A stretch of DNA of 63,756 nucleotides, filler included, from Klebsormidium nitens (Eukaryota > Plantae > Klebsormidiophyceae), in assembly GCA_000708835.1 (NCBI GenBank). It is 5 parts of 5 records of this genome, joined end to end, with 100 filler letters (N's around TTAATTAATTAA, not from the genome) between each part and the next. Parts side by side here need not be neighbours in the genome. Positions count along the whole stretch, not along the records: positions 7,807 to 35,224 come from DF237813.1; 4 more parts are not named here. One strand, 5' to 3'. The notes under the pieces are model-generated. The model saw only the letters and a program-made list of their open reading frames with translations, ran no database searches and was not told the origin of the DNA. Of this stretch, positions 12,458 to 26,010 are shown piece after piece. Numbering within the stretch: position 1 is the stretch's first letter; each line of letters begins with the position of its first letter. The position numbers and the translations under genes are program-made.

Positions 12458-13718
12458 CTTGGCTTACGCGCTGTATAGACACATAGGCTAAAAATGTAAG
12501 TTGAGGACCACGTAGGCTAAACAGTCTTCCTGGCCAACGAAGTAGGACTCCGGGAGGAACCAACAGTGTTCAGGAGGTTGAGGATTGTCTTACAACGGTA
12601 TGTACAAGCTCGCTCGTGATATGAAGAGGGTTAGAAATTAGGAGTAGCAATTGCGGGAATGTATACCAGTACAAACGTAGGCTGAAGAGTGGAAACAGCT
12701 GTGGCCTTGGTCTCTCGATTGAAGCCATCTCGGCAAGTGGCCGGGCTTGCGGCTGCTTTTTTTGAGGGTTTACAAGAACCGTTGAACTGAGGAGGCCCGG
12801 GAGCAGCCAGGATGCCCCGTGGCAACTTGAGCGGTAGCCAGCTTCTGCCTGATCTTCATCGATAGCGGAGTCTTTTCGGTGCTGACCAAACCGACATCCA
12901 CGATGTGCCAGATCGACACTTACATGCGATGTCTCCAAAAGTTCAAGCACGTAGGTGACATAAATACACACTTCAGCAGAAGGACTAACTGACCGTCTCG
13001 GAACCATAATATCCGACCCATGGTCTGTGGTGGTGCGTCTTAATGATGCCATGGTTGGCCAGGCCGCGCATGCATGAGCCACATATGTGGGGACCAATGA
13101 TGGTCTGGGTATGCACTTATATGCAGACGGTTTGAACGGTTAGTTGCGATCCTGCGTCCGAAGAGTGTCTAGCAGCCAAGCGCCGCTATAGCGTGCCCAT
13201 GGTTATGGCCCCTGGCATGTGCACGTCTGCCCAGTTTCGACAAAAGACTCAGCGACGGCCGCCAGTTACGTATGGGGTTGTGCAAGGTTGTGCGGTATAT
13301 AATACTTGCCAGAACCCTATAGGAACTGTCCATATCTTTTGCTCTCTGACCGTCACATTGTATGTATATGTTTAGGTTCACATTGCATAGTGGTTAAAGA
13401 AATGCAACTTCAGCAGGTCCGGCATGATATTGCAGACTGAGCATGGTCCCATTGTTGACACCACAGGGTCCCGGCATACGAAAACCGTCTTCATAGGCCG
13501 TCTTTAATCACAGCGCCGGACGCTGCATTTGAAGCTGGCACCACAGGAACCTGGGCCTTGACCCCGCCTTGGAGCAAGCCATGCCACATGTGTATGCTCG
13601 AGAACTGCCAGGCAATGAACTTCAGTTCGAGTGTCTTGCCGTATCGAGAGGCAGGCGTCAAAGCGCGTGTTTCAATTTAAAGGATAGGTTACAATCTTAG
13701 GCGTCCGACTAGCCGCAC

Positions 13719-15872
13719 TCAATAAGCAGTGGCGCTCTTGGTCTTAGCAGCAGCGGTGGTTCCTGTAAAAGCGATTGGGAACTTGTTGAGCAAAACGACT
13801 TGGTAGCTCGCCCTTGTTGCGTAAGAAGTGGGGCATCTTGAACGGACAAGAACGGAACGAAGTGACACTCAGCCAATGAAAGCTTGCCACGTCAGGTAAT
13901 AACACAAGGAATCTGACTAATTTCTCCTTAGACCAACTACGAGAGCAAGGCCCGAGACCATGAGCGGGCTTCCCCTCGAGGGAATGTTTGTCGCTGTTCA
14001 TAACACAATGTGCCAAACGATTTAGAGGGTCAAAAATTCTCACCCTCGCGGAAGCCGTTCTTGAACTTCCTGCCGATGGTCTTAAGGTGTCGCATCCTGC
14101 CGGTCCCAGTGGTCTTCCTGCGGATGGCCTTCTGACTCCATTGATCTGCATACAATCCAACAGCAAGTGTTGAGCTTTGGAAGCCCTGGCTTGCCTATGA
14201 TGTGCCACTCAACGCACGTTGAAGGTCCGACCTTACCAGAAGAATATCGGCATGCAGAAGTTGGAGGCTAGTGGACACTCAAGAGGCAAGATTCGACTTT
14301 GTAAACTCAGTCGTGCAACGCCCGTCTGCAAGACACGTACATGGAATCCAAGCAGAAGTCAAAGTCATGCGCTACCTCTGTACCAACACGGAAGGCCCTG
14401 TCAATCTACAGGTGATTCATATGGTGGGGAAACTTCCAGCTTGCACTGGATATGACTTCCAGGCAACTGTTCAACATATGACTAAACAAGCCGCCGCAAT
14501 TGCATGCGGATTCCGCACCAGATCGTCCCCAATCTCCTCCCAAATCGCGGCAGGAAACTCGAACGACAACTTGCTGCTCGATACTTCTGACTTGCGCTGC
14601 CCCAAGATAAGATTTGCCTCTCAACTGCGGCCAACATTCCGCTATCGCCACACAGGCCAGCGCACCCTCTGATGCAGCCCACTGCCACACCATCACAAAC
14701 TATCGACTCAGAATTCCGCGGACCTGTTTGAGAAGTGATGGGGGGCTCCTTTCAAACACCTTAAAGCGGACACTCACATGTGCGGATCCTCTTGGACGGG
14801 TAACCGCAGCTCGAGCAGGTGGTCTTCTGGATGTGGAAACTCCTCCTCCCGCACCGCCGGCACAGGGTGTGCGACTTGTCGTTGCGCTTTCCGAACGACC
14901 CGGTACCCTTCCCGGCCTTACCCTGTCAGAGCAAAGACTAGGCATCAATGACGTGTCACCATGCACATCTAAAAATGCTGATTCTTTCTGGCTTGAAAGG
15001 GCCAGTATGGCCCTCTCTTTGGTGTCTCCTGCTCTGTCTCTCGTCTTATTACTGAACCATGCTACACTTATGGTGCCCCAGGTTGCCAGCAACAAAACCC
15101 GGCATGATAGCATAACTCTTCCCGTATCGCTCTGCAAAGTCACTGCCTGCCAAAGCTTTGGCTGTTCCAGTCCGCAGCCCCACAAGTGTGATGTATCGAG
15201 CAGTCCAGGTGCCGTCTCTGGTTGAAGCCTCTCCTCATGATTGATGTGAACAGTACAAGAACCACTATCATTACCGCCCTGGCTATTCCAGCCCCGCAAA
15301 GCCCCTTTCTCTGCTTGCAAGGTTCCAAATGCTCCTTGAAAGGACAGACTTGTTGTGGGGCGAATGCCGGGAAGCTAACCAGCATCCAGCAAGGAAAATT
15401 GTCTGTGCATTTAGAGACTACATACCAGCAAAAGGCATCAGTGGATACAACCTGGATCAAAATGGCCCAACAACAACCATTACCAGCAGCCTCAATACAT
15501 GGGACCATCTCTCGGACACCTAATGCTTCCACGTAAGACAGTGTGCACAAAACCTGGATTGAGGAGCAGATGCAAGACTGCCAGGAGCAGCGAAAACCCC
15601 GCTGCATCTCTCAGGGTCACAAAATGAACTTCTGCCAACCAAGAGGCGCCCTTTCAGAAAATTGCTTAGCCTCATCCTTCAATCTACTCAGAACCAGGAG
15701 CCCTCGTAATGCCCCTGCCCAAGGCTCTTAGTCGGGCTCCTTGATAAGGGGCAGACGAATGTCTTGATCGCGCGTCACATCAACACCTCCTACATATTCG
15801 AAGATGGCAACACTAGGGGACCAAACACGCCCATTGGGGGTGGAAACAATCTGGGCCGCTCGGACTTACCAT
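13719..15872 (-). CDS. RPL37: 60S ribosomal protein L37 (eL37), 97 aa
   Basis: Exons 15870-15872 (ATG only), 14778-14922, 14044-14145 and 13719-13762. Translation [71 protein letters not shown]...; C2-C2 zinc finger intact. Confidence 0.96.
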
Positions 15873-15916
15873 GGTGGCTGCCTGATGCGCCCCACGCACT
15901 CCAGCAAGCAGAAGGT

Positions 15917-16108
15917 GAAAGAGGAAGGGACAGCTGCTGTCCGCCTCCTTTGAGAAGACCGATGTGGTGTCGCGATTCGATAGCGTTACACTCGAACATA
16001 GACTTCAATAGTCTACGGTTCGGATTGATGATTTTGCTACGGGACGTAACGCTAGCCCGCAAGGAACAACGTCAAGTTTCCCCAACGCGCCCTTCTCCTT
16101 CCTCTTTT
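15917..16108. promoter_or_regulatory. Compact bidirectional promoter of RPL37 and RPS15A with 5'TOP-like pyrimidine tracts at both ends
   Basis: CTTCCTCTTT occurs on the minus strand (15927-15918) and the plus strand (16098-16107). Inverted 9-mer TAGCGTTAC (15981-15989) / GTAACGCTA (16046-16054). TSS positions are inferred. Confidence 0.6.
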
Positions 16109-17166
16109 GCAAGCAGAGTTTGTGCAAGGACGCCGCCTCAGGGCCTGCTCAAGGTGAGGCAGCTCGACGCTCTCGTCTCCAGGGGTTTGCCAGTCTCTTC
16201 TCTAAGCTGCTGGCTGTTTTGCTGCTCAGGTTGTCGGTGGTGGCAGGTCGATTTTTGCGCCTCGTTCTGAGGATTCATAGAAGTTGGAATGTACCTCTCG
16301 GCTGAGAAGGTTGAGACAAAAGAGGCCTGTTCCATCTGGAAGAGGCAAGCCAGTGCAAGAATCTGTCTCAAAGAGAATGGAGCTTGAATAAGCGGACGGG
16401 TTGCCCGCCCGCCCAAGGATTCTGGTAATGGATATCTATGCCGGAAAAGGTCTGGAGCGGCTAGGGCACTGTAGAGCTGCCGGCATGATGAGGTTGGCAG
16501 TATTTGCTTCAGCCATGCGTGCCCTGGTGTTCTGCACATCGACAGCCCTTCATAGAATGTAGGACCGAGGCTGTGGTAATGGTCTTTGGGGCAGACTGGT
16601 ATGAGAGCTGCTGGAGAATTGGTGCTGAGGGAGGGCCTCTTTACCGTGTGCCGGGCTGTATCACATATACCCGTCTGTTAGAAAAGATGGGCCGCTAGTG
16701 TGCCTTGTATTCGCTGGATCAGTTTTCAACCATCATGGATGCTGCGGGGTTGGCAGTCTTGCACGTCACATGTGTCCAGGAATCAGGACCGCAAAGGCTG
16801 GCGCCTGAGCAGGGTCTTACTGTGATCGCCGTGTGTCATGTAGTGCCCAAATCCATTGACGCTCTGAACATTGACAATCTGAACTAGCTACCAGTTCCCG
16901 GATCAGTCGTCTTTCCATAGCATTTCTTTGGCTGCAGATACAGTAATTGTACTGGCTTCTTACGCCGGAGTTGTACCGTGCCCGTTGGGGGCCTTCCGAC
17001 CTTGTTCTGCATAGGCCTTTGTCAACACTGGCTTTCTATGTGGTAGAGCAGTTGTCCGGAAGCCTTACCCATGGCTTGGTCAGATCATGCAGCCTCCTGA
17101 GGGGGCCTTGCTGGCTGGAAAGGGCACTGGTGATATTAGCTGCTGGCCAGCATGGACGAGGGATAG

Positions 17167-18905
<1,739 letters not shown>

Positions 18906-20018
18906 TCTGTACTCTCGAACTGTTCAATATTCACTTTTGCACAAGTTGTTTCGCTTGTGTGATCAGCCGGAAGGTTCTCGTGTCATATCCTTGACTGTCG
19001 GCCACAGACAAGCGTGAAGGTTTGTACGCTGGTTGCAAGCCGTATCTGGCTCTAGCGTGGCCCTGGGGCCACCCTTGTGGGTGTGGCAGGGGAGCCATCG
19101 GCGTGCTATTTTTCGGAGGCATCGTCACTGCTGCTCATACTGTATCCCGGAGCCCAGACACAGCCTGATGATGCGGATCATTGCATACAAGCGCTCTGCA
19201 ATGAAGGTCGAATAATCTTCTCCCAAGATCGGCGTATTGACTGAACGTGCAGCTGATCGTGCTACATGATATTGCCGTAACGAAAAACCCTGAAAAAGTC
19301 GAAAATATATTGAGTACCATACCGAACAGCATGTAAAACTGGGCTCATCCATAGACTTGTGGTGCGGTGGATCATGTCGGTGCAATGTATGTGTGTCTGA
19401 AACGAGGCGGTGAAATTTGGCTCAAGGCCCCGCTGTGCCAAATGGTATCACGACTCAAGGAAAGAAGGGACTCAAGACCGTTTCTGCCTCAACCAAAAGT
19501 GCCACTTTGGGAACAGTCCGTCAAAGTATCAAAGCGGAAGGTTCCAATTGCACATGCTATGTTGAAGCAAAGTGACTTGGAAGCTAGTCTAGTGCATCAG
19601 CTTTACGAGGCCGACGCGCAGTCACAAAGTTGCATTGGAAGCTTGCCATTAAGTTACACTAGTGGTTCGATTGTCTGAAGAAACATGCCCAACGGATGAC
19701 AAAGAAGCCTGTCGTATGTAACAGACTACAGTCGAAGTTTGAAGAGAGTACCCTGCCACGTGGCACTGGTTGATTGGATCCAAGTGATCACGTGGTATGA
19801 ATTCTAAAGCAAATAGCACTCAGGCAGGGGGTGCTCAAACTTTCAACTTCAAGTCAAAGAGTCAAAGAGTCAAAAATCCCAGGCTGTTTGGTTTCTTGCT
19901 GACCGCAGACACAGCATTGGTGGTGGTTGAGCCGCCAGGTTTGTAATCGTCGACAAAGCAACCGTTGAAGTCTTAGTCAGTTCTGAACGACTGTTACGGA
20001 ACTCCAAACAGCAAGAGA

Positions 20019-22487
20019 ATGCAGGGCGCAGCAGATTTGCATAGCCGCCAATGCAGCCATTGGACAGCCTCATACCTGGCGAAGTCACCTTCAGCTGATT
20101 GTCTGCAAAGCACAGACCAAGGGCTCGTGAACCTACTGGCCAAGAGACGTCCAGCAAGAACTAGACTGCAAGGAACGCTTCTTAGCCACACCACTCATCT
20201 GTCAACGTCCAATGCCTCTGGCGCAACATTGAGATCACCAACCAGCTTGCACAGACAAACGCCTTGTCGAGTGGATTTGGACTACTTTGAGAGAAGGCTG
20301 CCTTCAACCTATTCAGGATCAGAAAATGTAGGAATTACTGTCCGCCACAAATGCAGATCGAAATGTCATGGCATTTGGCGTCAATGTTCGCACTTCAGTC
20401 AAAGACCAGCTGCGGAAAATAGCGGGGGCAACACAAGAGAGTGCTGTAAAACTTTATCTTCAAAAAGTAGCAGCCAAGAACGGTGGGTGGCTTCTCGAAG
20501 GAGCGCTTTCCAAAGCCTGCTCGGGGTTGTGCTGGCAGTTGCGCTGGGGGCGCAGCAGGCGCCCTTCACCGGGGATACTTTTGAGAATGTTCCCCGGTCA
20601 CTGTCATCATCAGGTAAGCAGGGTGCACTTGCTGACACAAGAATTCATTGCCACTGCTGATGATCGCTTGAGGAACTTTGGCTGAGCAAGGTCGAGTGGT
20701 GGTAAGAGGATTAGATTTGATCTCCAATATGCTCTTGTGATGAAAAATAAGAAATCCGCACTTGGAGATGCCAAGGCTGGTTCCCTTCCTGCTACTACAT
20801 TCCCCGCTTCTTTTCTTTGTTAAGGCTATAGATCTCCCCATAGACTTGGCTCATTGGTCAGCTCTTCTCAACTAGAGCCAGGGTCCCAAACTTTCTAGCA
20901 GGCCTTCTGCTCGATGAGGGCTTTTGTTGTAACCTCAGGTCGTAAGAGTCGGTGCTTTGATGCCTTGAGAATGCTTGGAGATAGATTTAGAAGGTAGCTT
21001 GTGCCTTTGGGGCTTCAGTTGGGCCTCTACAAACTCTATGCACTGCTGTGAGGACAGTTGTCAGGGCTGTTTGTGCATTCAAAGAAGTCAGCTGCCTTTG
21101 TCGTCCCACACTGAGCCCCAGTCACTATGCACACCCAAAAACCAGGTGGCGTTGGGCATAAACGGAGCCAATGTGCTTTGCCTTTCAATATTTGCTTCTT
21201 TTGGTCGTTTCTTGATCAGTTCCTTGTTATTCTGCACAGTCAGTCAATCCGTTTGGGACATACAAGGCAAAAGCGAGTCTGCACCTAAAGAACTCGGCGG
21301 TGCAGAAAGACTTTGTGATTGAGTTTGCATGGTTTTCTCGTTGATTTTTGCCAGACAGATTTCTTCTTGGGAGGGCCCGCTGATAGACCTAGAGAGCCAC
21401 TTGAAGTTCGGGGAACAAACAAACCGGCAGGAGCAATGCTTCTTCTTGCCGATCGCTTTGCAAAGTGACACTGCCAATTGATTGAACAGCCTGCGCAGTC
21501 CGGAGAAGAAAGGACGAAACGCGGAGAAGAAACAACCTCTAAATGTCCTAAGCAGTGGGAAATTCATCGTTGAAGTGCGCAAGTTGACAAAACCAGTACT
21601 TGCTGTTCCATCGAAGTGGTTTCCCAAACTTCTCGTTTCTCTACAGGTGACGATGCCCCTCGGAAACGCATGAAACCGAAGTCGGCTGAGTCCGAAACCT
21701 GTGCTAGGAAGTGCGTCTCGACGTGCGTTCGGGGAGGAGCCGGGGGACCGGGGACAGAGGGGCCCCTAAACGTACGAAAACCGCTGGTCGTCTTCAAAGA
21801 GGGCTTCAGGAGCCGGCAATACTGGTCAGCCTCGATGCTCTCAGCTTGTTCTCCTCGGCTTTGTAAATTGTTTCGTCAGAGCTTTTCCCTCACTCACTTT
21901 TAGCTGGCGACTAGCGTCGCTGGTGGATGCAGGATATTTGATACGAGCTTCTCCGTCATGAATGTCCGTACGGTGTTCCAAGTAATCTCTTTACTTTACA
22001 TGCTGTTCCACTCCTTCGTTCTTGCATCCAATACAGTGGGTGGAGAAAACTCTATCGTTTGGGAAGGTTCGTTGCTGCGCCCGCATAAAACAGTCGACCA
22101 AGGTTCTTTCTCTTTCTCGCTGTGACGGATCAGTGCAGTCTTTCGTGGACGAGAAAACGTCGGTCCTGTCTCGTCCAGCTAACGGCAAAGCGGTCTGCTT
22201 GTTGACCCGTGTCTGCATCCCGCTTCGAGTCCCATATTCCCTCGACGTGCATGATTCCACCCCCTGTATTGTTACTGTACGTACACTTTGCTAGCGAATG
22301 ACTTCTTTAATCGGTGTGGATGTGCGGAACGTCGAAAAGTCCGTCTTGTCAGCGCTTTGTTTTACCTGTCGCTCTTCGTTCGTTAATATACTCTTTCGCT
22401 GCATGCCTGACTTCACCCACTGTCTTTTGTTGTTTCCACAGTCTCTCCGAGTGTGTCGAAATCTGCAACATCCTTACCAAAGATTGA
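20019..22487 (+). CDS. Conserved green-lineage protein of unknown function with twin Cx3Cx3C motifs; probably plastid-targeted
   Basis: Exons 20019(start uncertain)-20613, 21647-21824 and 22442-22487, phase-compatible. C-terminus FENVPRSLSS...CARKCVSTCVRGGAGGPGTEGPLNVRKPLVVFKEGFRSRQYCLSECVEICNIL resembles a plant uncharacterised chloroplast family as I remember it. Confidence 0.75.
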
Positions 22488-23800
22488 GAGCTAGTCATAC
22501 TGGGGTCGGCCGTGCAACTTGTCAATCAAGTTTGGCTGAAACTTAGTGTAGTCTTGGCGGCTCGATGGCCGCTATTAGGATATTCGTGACAGATGTAACA
22601 AGATAAGTTCAAAGAGTTGACTGAGACTGGCCTCAAACGGTCAATCAATAGTTTCCCCGAATCAAATTGAGCTCGAGAGCCTGCTTGTGCAGCCCTGCTG
22701 ATTTTCATATGACGAGTGGATTCAAGCTAGTGATCAAAACATTGATCGGAAACGGACCGGAGATTGATGGCAAACCCATTGAGTAACGAATGCCAGAATT
22801 TACTCTTGCAGTTTACGCACACGCTTTTTGGTCCTGAGTTGCTAAGATCGTTTACGTGCAACCCCTGTAAGATGAATACTTAAAGCCCGATTGTTGTAAC
22901 TTAGCTTGGGGACGGTCAGCTCACACAAGGATCAGCTTATCACAGGCACTGAGCCATGTATTGACGCGGACGCCCACGATTGTCGACCTGAGTCACATGC
23001 AGCTCACCTCGACCGTCAAAAACTTATCCGACCACTTCCGTTCCATTTTGATTACCTGCATTGTGCTGTCCACTATGTGCCGCCGGGACGGTCACTGACA
23101 ACACCCGACGTACTTTGGAATGCACGTGCCCGATGGAGCAATATGAATGATCACGGGCACGACGTGCATATGATGGCATACGATATCATCATTGCAACGA
23201 TGGTGCAGACTGTTGCATGATGGTGCACTGCCCAGGATTGGGACAGCTCCGAGTCAGACTCAAACCGGAAGGCCGCGGGGCTTGAGATGCACTGCCCTGT
23301 ACGATGACGGTGCGCAAGATCGGGTGTTATGACAATCGGGTTCACTCAAACCCTGTCCGACGCCCCCGTTGGAGCAACTCGCTCATGTTGCAGGTCAATC
23401 TGTCTCACCGATACAGTCGACACGATGCAATAAATAGCTTTCTCCTAAGTTTCTCCTATTGGGAGAGAGTCGTTCTAGAGCTAAGTGAGTTCTATATCCA
23501 GGGGGACGGCAGAACAGTGTCGTGCCGGCCCACGCAAAACAATCGAGCTCACGAACTGAACCGGCTGTGCGCAAACGTCTTCTGTGCGGCCGCCAACGCA
23601 ATTCCGCTATCGTCACACACCGGCCCGGCCCGCTTCTTTTGCAGCCACCTTAGGTGAAGAAGAACCCGGGCGCAGAATGGACGCCTAGCTGACTTGTAAC
23701 GCTTATCGATTGCGCGCGTCGTCCCCCCCGAAAGAGACGGGTAGTAGCTTTCCGCACCGGTTCCTAATTTAATTGTGATGCTGATAATGACTTCTGAACT

Positions 23801-25913
23801 GGGGGGGCGACACATGAAACTTGTCGGACTTTTTGTCGTAGGGGGGCAACAGGTTTTGAACTTCGTTGGCTTGTCGTGCCCCCTGCAGAGTTCTTAGGGG
23901 AGCAACCTCGGGCATCTCCGATTGTCGACCCCCGAAGTCCAGTTTTTTGGGCCACGACAATAAATTGCGCAGGAAGGCACGGCCTTTGTTTGAGAGCCCT
24001 GCAATTGTCGCACCGGTGCGACAACTCGTTTGAATGTCGTGGTTGCGCGCCAAATCTGTAACCTGCCGTGTGCCCCCCGGGCAAGCCGATAGTTTTGTTG
24101 TCCCCCCAGTGCGCCGCAGATGCAGAACCAAGGAACAGTTTGTCGCACCGGTATGACAAGCAAAACCATGCGGCGGCCCCTTCCTCTGAAGGGTTTGCTC
24201 AGAATGGGGCGCGAAAAGGTGTACAAGAGCCAAGAGGTTTCTTGTTGCCGAAGGAATGAGATTGAGGCCATGTCATGTCACGCAAGTTGAGCCTTTCATG
24301 TGCATGTGCATTGCCGAAGTTTTCCGGCCTGTCGCACCGGTACGACAAGGGAATTTCCAGGCGAGAATGACCATTTTGTCCGGGCCCTGCGTCAATTTGC
24401 GCCTCGCCAAAATCAAATGTACACGTCGTTTCAGAGAGCCCATCTCAGAGTTGTCGCATCGGTGCGACAAATTTTTGCCGCTGAACTTGAATTTGTTTGG
24501 GGGGGTAACAATACATACGTCGACTTTGAATATTGTAGGGGGACGACAAGACGCAGATTGATGAACAGGTCATGGCCCCCATAAAAGTATTCGCAAAGAT
24601 CGGCGGTTCCCATTCGAATCTGGTCAAAACACCTAGCGTCACTAGGTGAGGACGCTGCAGGGTGTGACAGATTCTCGCACTTTTCGGGGGGGCAGACAGA
24701 GTTACAAGCTTGCCAAGCCCCTTGCTGATACTCCCGGCCCGTTTTCAAATCAAGGAAAAGACGGATTGCTGTACTTTTCGGGGAATAGCACTTTGTCGCA
24801 CTGGTGCGACAAGCTTTGCGCCCCCCTGAAGTGTTTGTTCAAGGGTAAGCGAAAAGGTCTGCCGCCCCCAGAAGACAACCGGACTTTAAGGGGGAAAAGA
24901 CATACTGTCGCCACTGATCTTAGAGGAAGACCAACAGTTTGTCGGCCCCCCTCAACAGTTTGCTTGGGCAGGCCAAAAATCGCGCGAAGTGGGTTTCTAT
25001 TTCGCACCCCTGTTTGAAATCCAAAATCATACATAGTGGTAATTCCCTATCTTTTGGATCACAAGCTGTCGCACCGGTGCGACAAGCGAAGCGTTGCGGT
25101 GCGTTTGTTCGAAGGGGCGCGTGAAAGTCTGCTGAGATTTGACAGGCATTAGCATAGATTATTCGCCGACCCCCTTCAATGGAAAATTGCTCTTGGTCGC
25201 CCCCTCAAAGTCAAAACCTGGACCAAGCAAGTTGCACATTACCCCAGTCAGCGATTCGCATAGGTGCAACAGATTTTTTCTTCGTGATGCCGTGGGGGGC
25301 CGACAGCCGGATGTAGAATAGTACGAGGGGGCGACAACTTATTCCTGTCGTCGTTGGTTGTTGTGGGGGTGTGATTGGACAACCATACTGGTAACTCCCA
25401 TTTCACTTAGGAGCCATTTCACTTAAGATCTGAGGTACCCGGGCAAACAAATGAAAAACTTTAACCCAGAATAAGCACCCGCTCCGCACCTGAACCCACC
25501 CTAACCACCATACCAATCCTACCCGTCTCCCGGGCGCCTATCCTTAGAAAATTTAGCCGTTCAGCTGCTGGCACATGGTTCATGTTGCTAACTTCCTTAC
25601 CTGGGGTGTTTGGTCCCCCTGGGAGGCGACAATCTGTTCTCTCGACTCAATTGATCGTCGTGTGGGGCGGACAACCTGTTTCATACCGAATGATGTTGTT
25701 ATGAGGGGGCGTCAAGTACTTGTTCTGTTGACTTCGATTTGTCGTGGGGGTGCGACAACATGTTCTATTTATTTTCATTCTTGTGGGGGGGCGAAAATCT
25801 GCGCTAAGCTTTTGACTCCTAGATGTCGTGATGGGGCGACAAGCTCAAGGAACATAAGCTTGTCGTGCCCCCAGGCAAATTTCTGCAAGACATAGCGGTT
25901 CTGTCGTACCCCG
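23801..25913. mobile_element. Non-autonomous Mutator-like DNA transposon (2113 bp)
   Basis: 10-bp TSD CTTCTGAACT at 23791-23800 and 25914-25923. Imperfect TIRs GGGGGGGCGACA / revcomp CGGGGTACGACA. Dense subterminal GGGGGCGACAA/TTGTCG motifs. No transposase ORF. Superfamily inferred from TSD length and G-rich ends. Confidence 0.75.
24005..25085. repeat. Six copies of the 20-bp palindrome TTGTCGCACCGGTGCGACAA
   Basis: Copies start at 24005, 24140, 24329, 24451, 24793 and 25066, each with 0-2 mismatches. Confidence 0.92.
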
Positions 25914-25980
25914 CTTCTGAACTGGAAGTCAAGCAATCTCTATTTATCAAATCTCTTTCATCCAGTACTGCTATCTGGCC

Positions 25981-26010
25981 CATTCGACCCCTGCTCATTC
26001 GACCCCTGCT
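25981..26010. repeat. 15-bp tandem duplication (CATTCGACCCCTGCT)x2
   Basis: Exact adjacent copies. Confidence 0.85.

Noticed and set aside
12570-13097. 175-aa ORF on the minus strand
   Set aside because: Lies in the convergent 3' regions of the CBS and RPL37 genes, with no motif or coding-like composition.
13480-13567. Alternative last exon of RPL37 (GGVKAQVPVV...)
   Set aside because: Needs a weak AAG acceptor with no pyrimidine tract. The exon at 13719-13762 has a proper TTTTACAG acceptor and a typical C-terminus.
14614-15320. Long ORFs 14614-15225 (+) and 14700-15320 (-) as genes
   Set aside because: Antisense and off-frame shadows of RPL37 exon 2 and its introns.
16485-16571. Second C/D snoRNA in the RPS15A 5'UTR intron
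   Set aside because: The C box ATGATGA is good, but the D box is only CCGA, the stem is 3 bp, and I recognise no rRNA complement.
21240-21300. Extra exon in the Cys-motif gene
   Set aside because: Not needed, since exon 1 (phase 1) joins 21647 in frame, and its donor is non-consensus.
24005-25085. CRISPR array
   Set aside because: Spacers are ~100-320 bp and irregular, there are no cas genes, the context is eukaryotic, and the repeats lie inside a TSD-flanked element.
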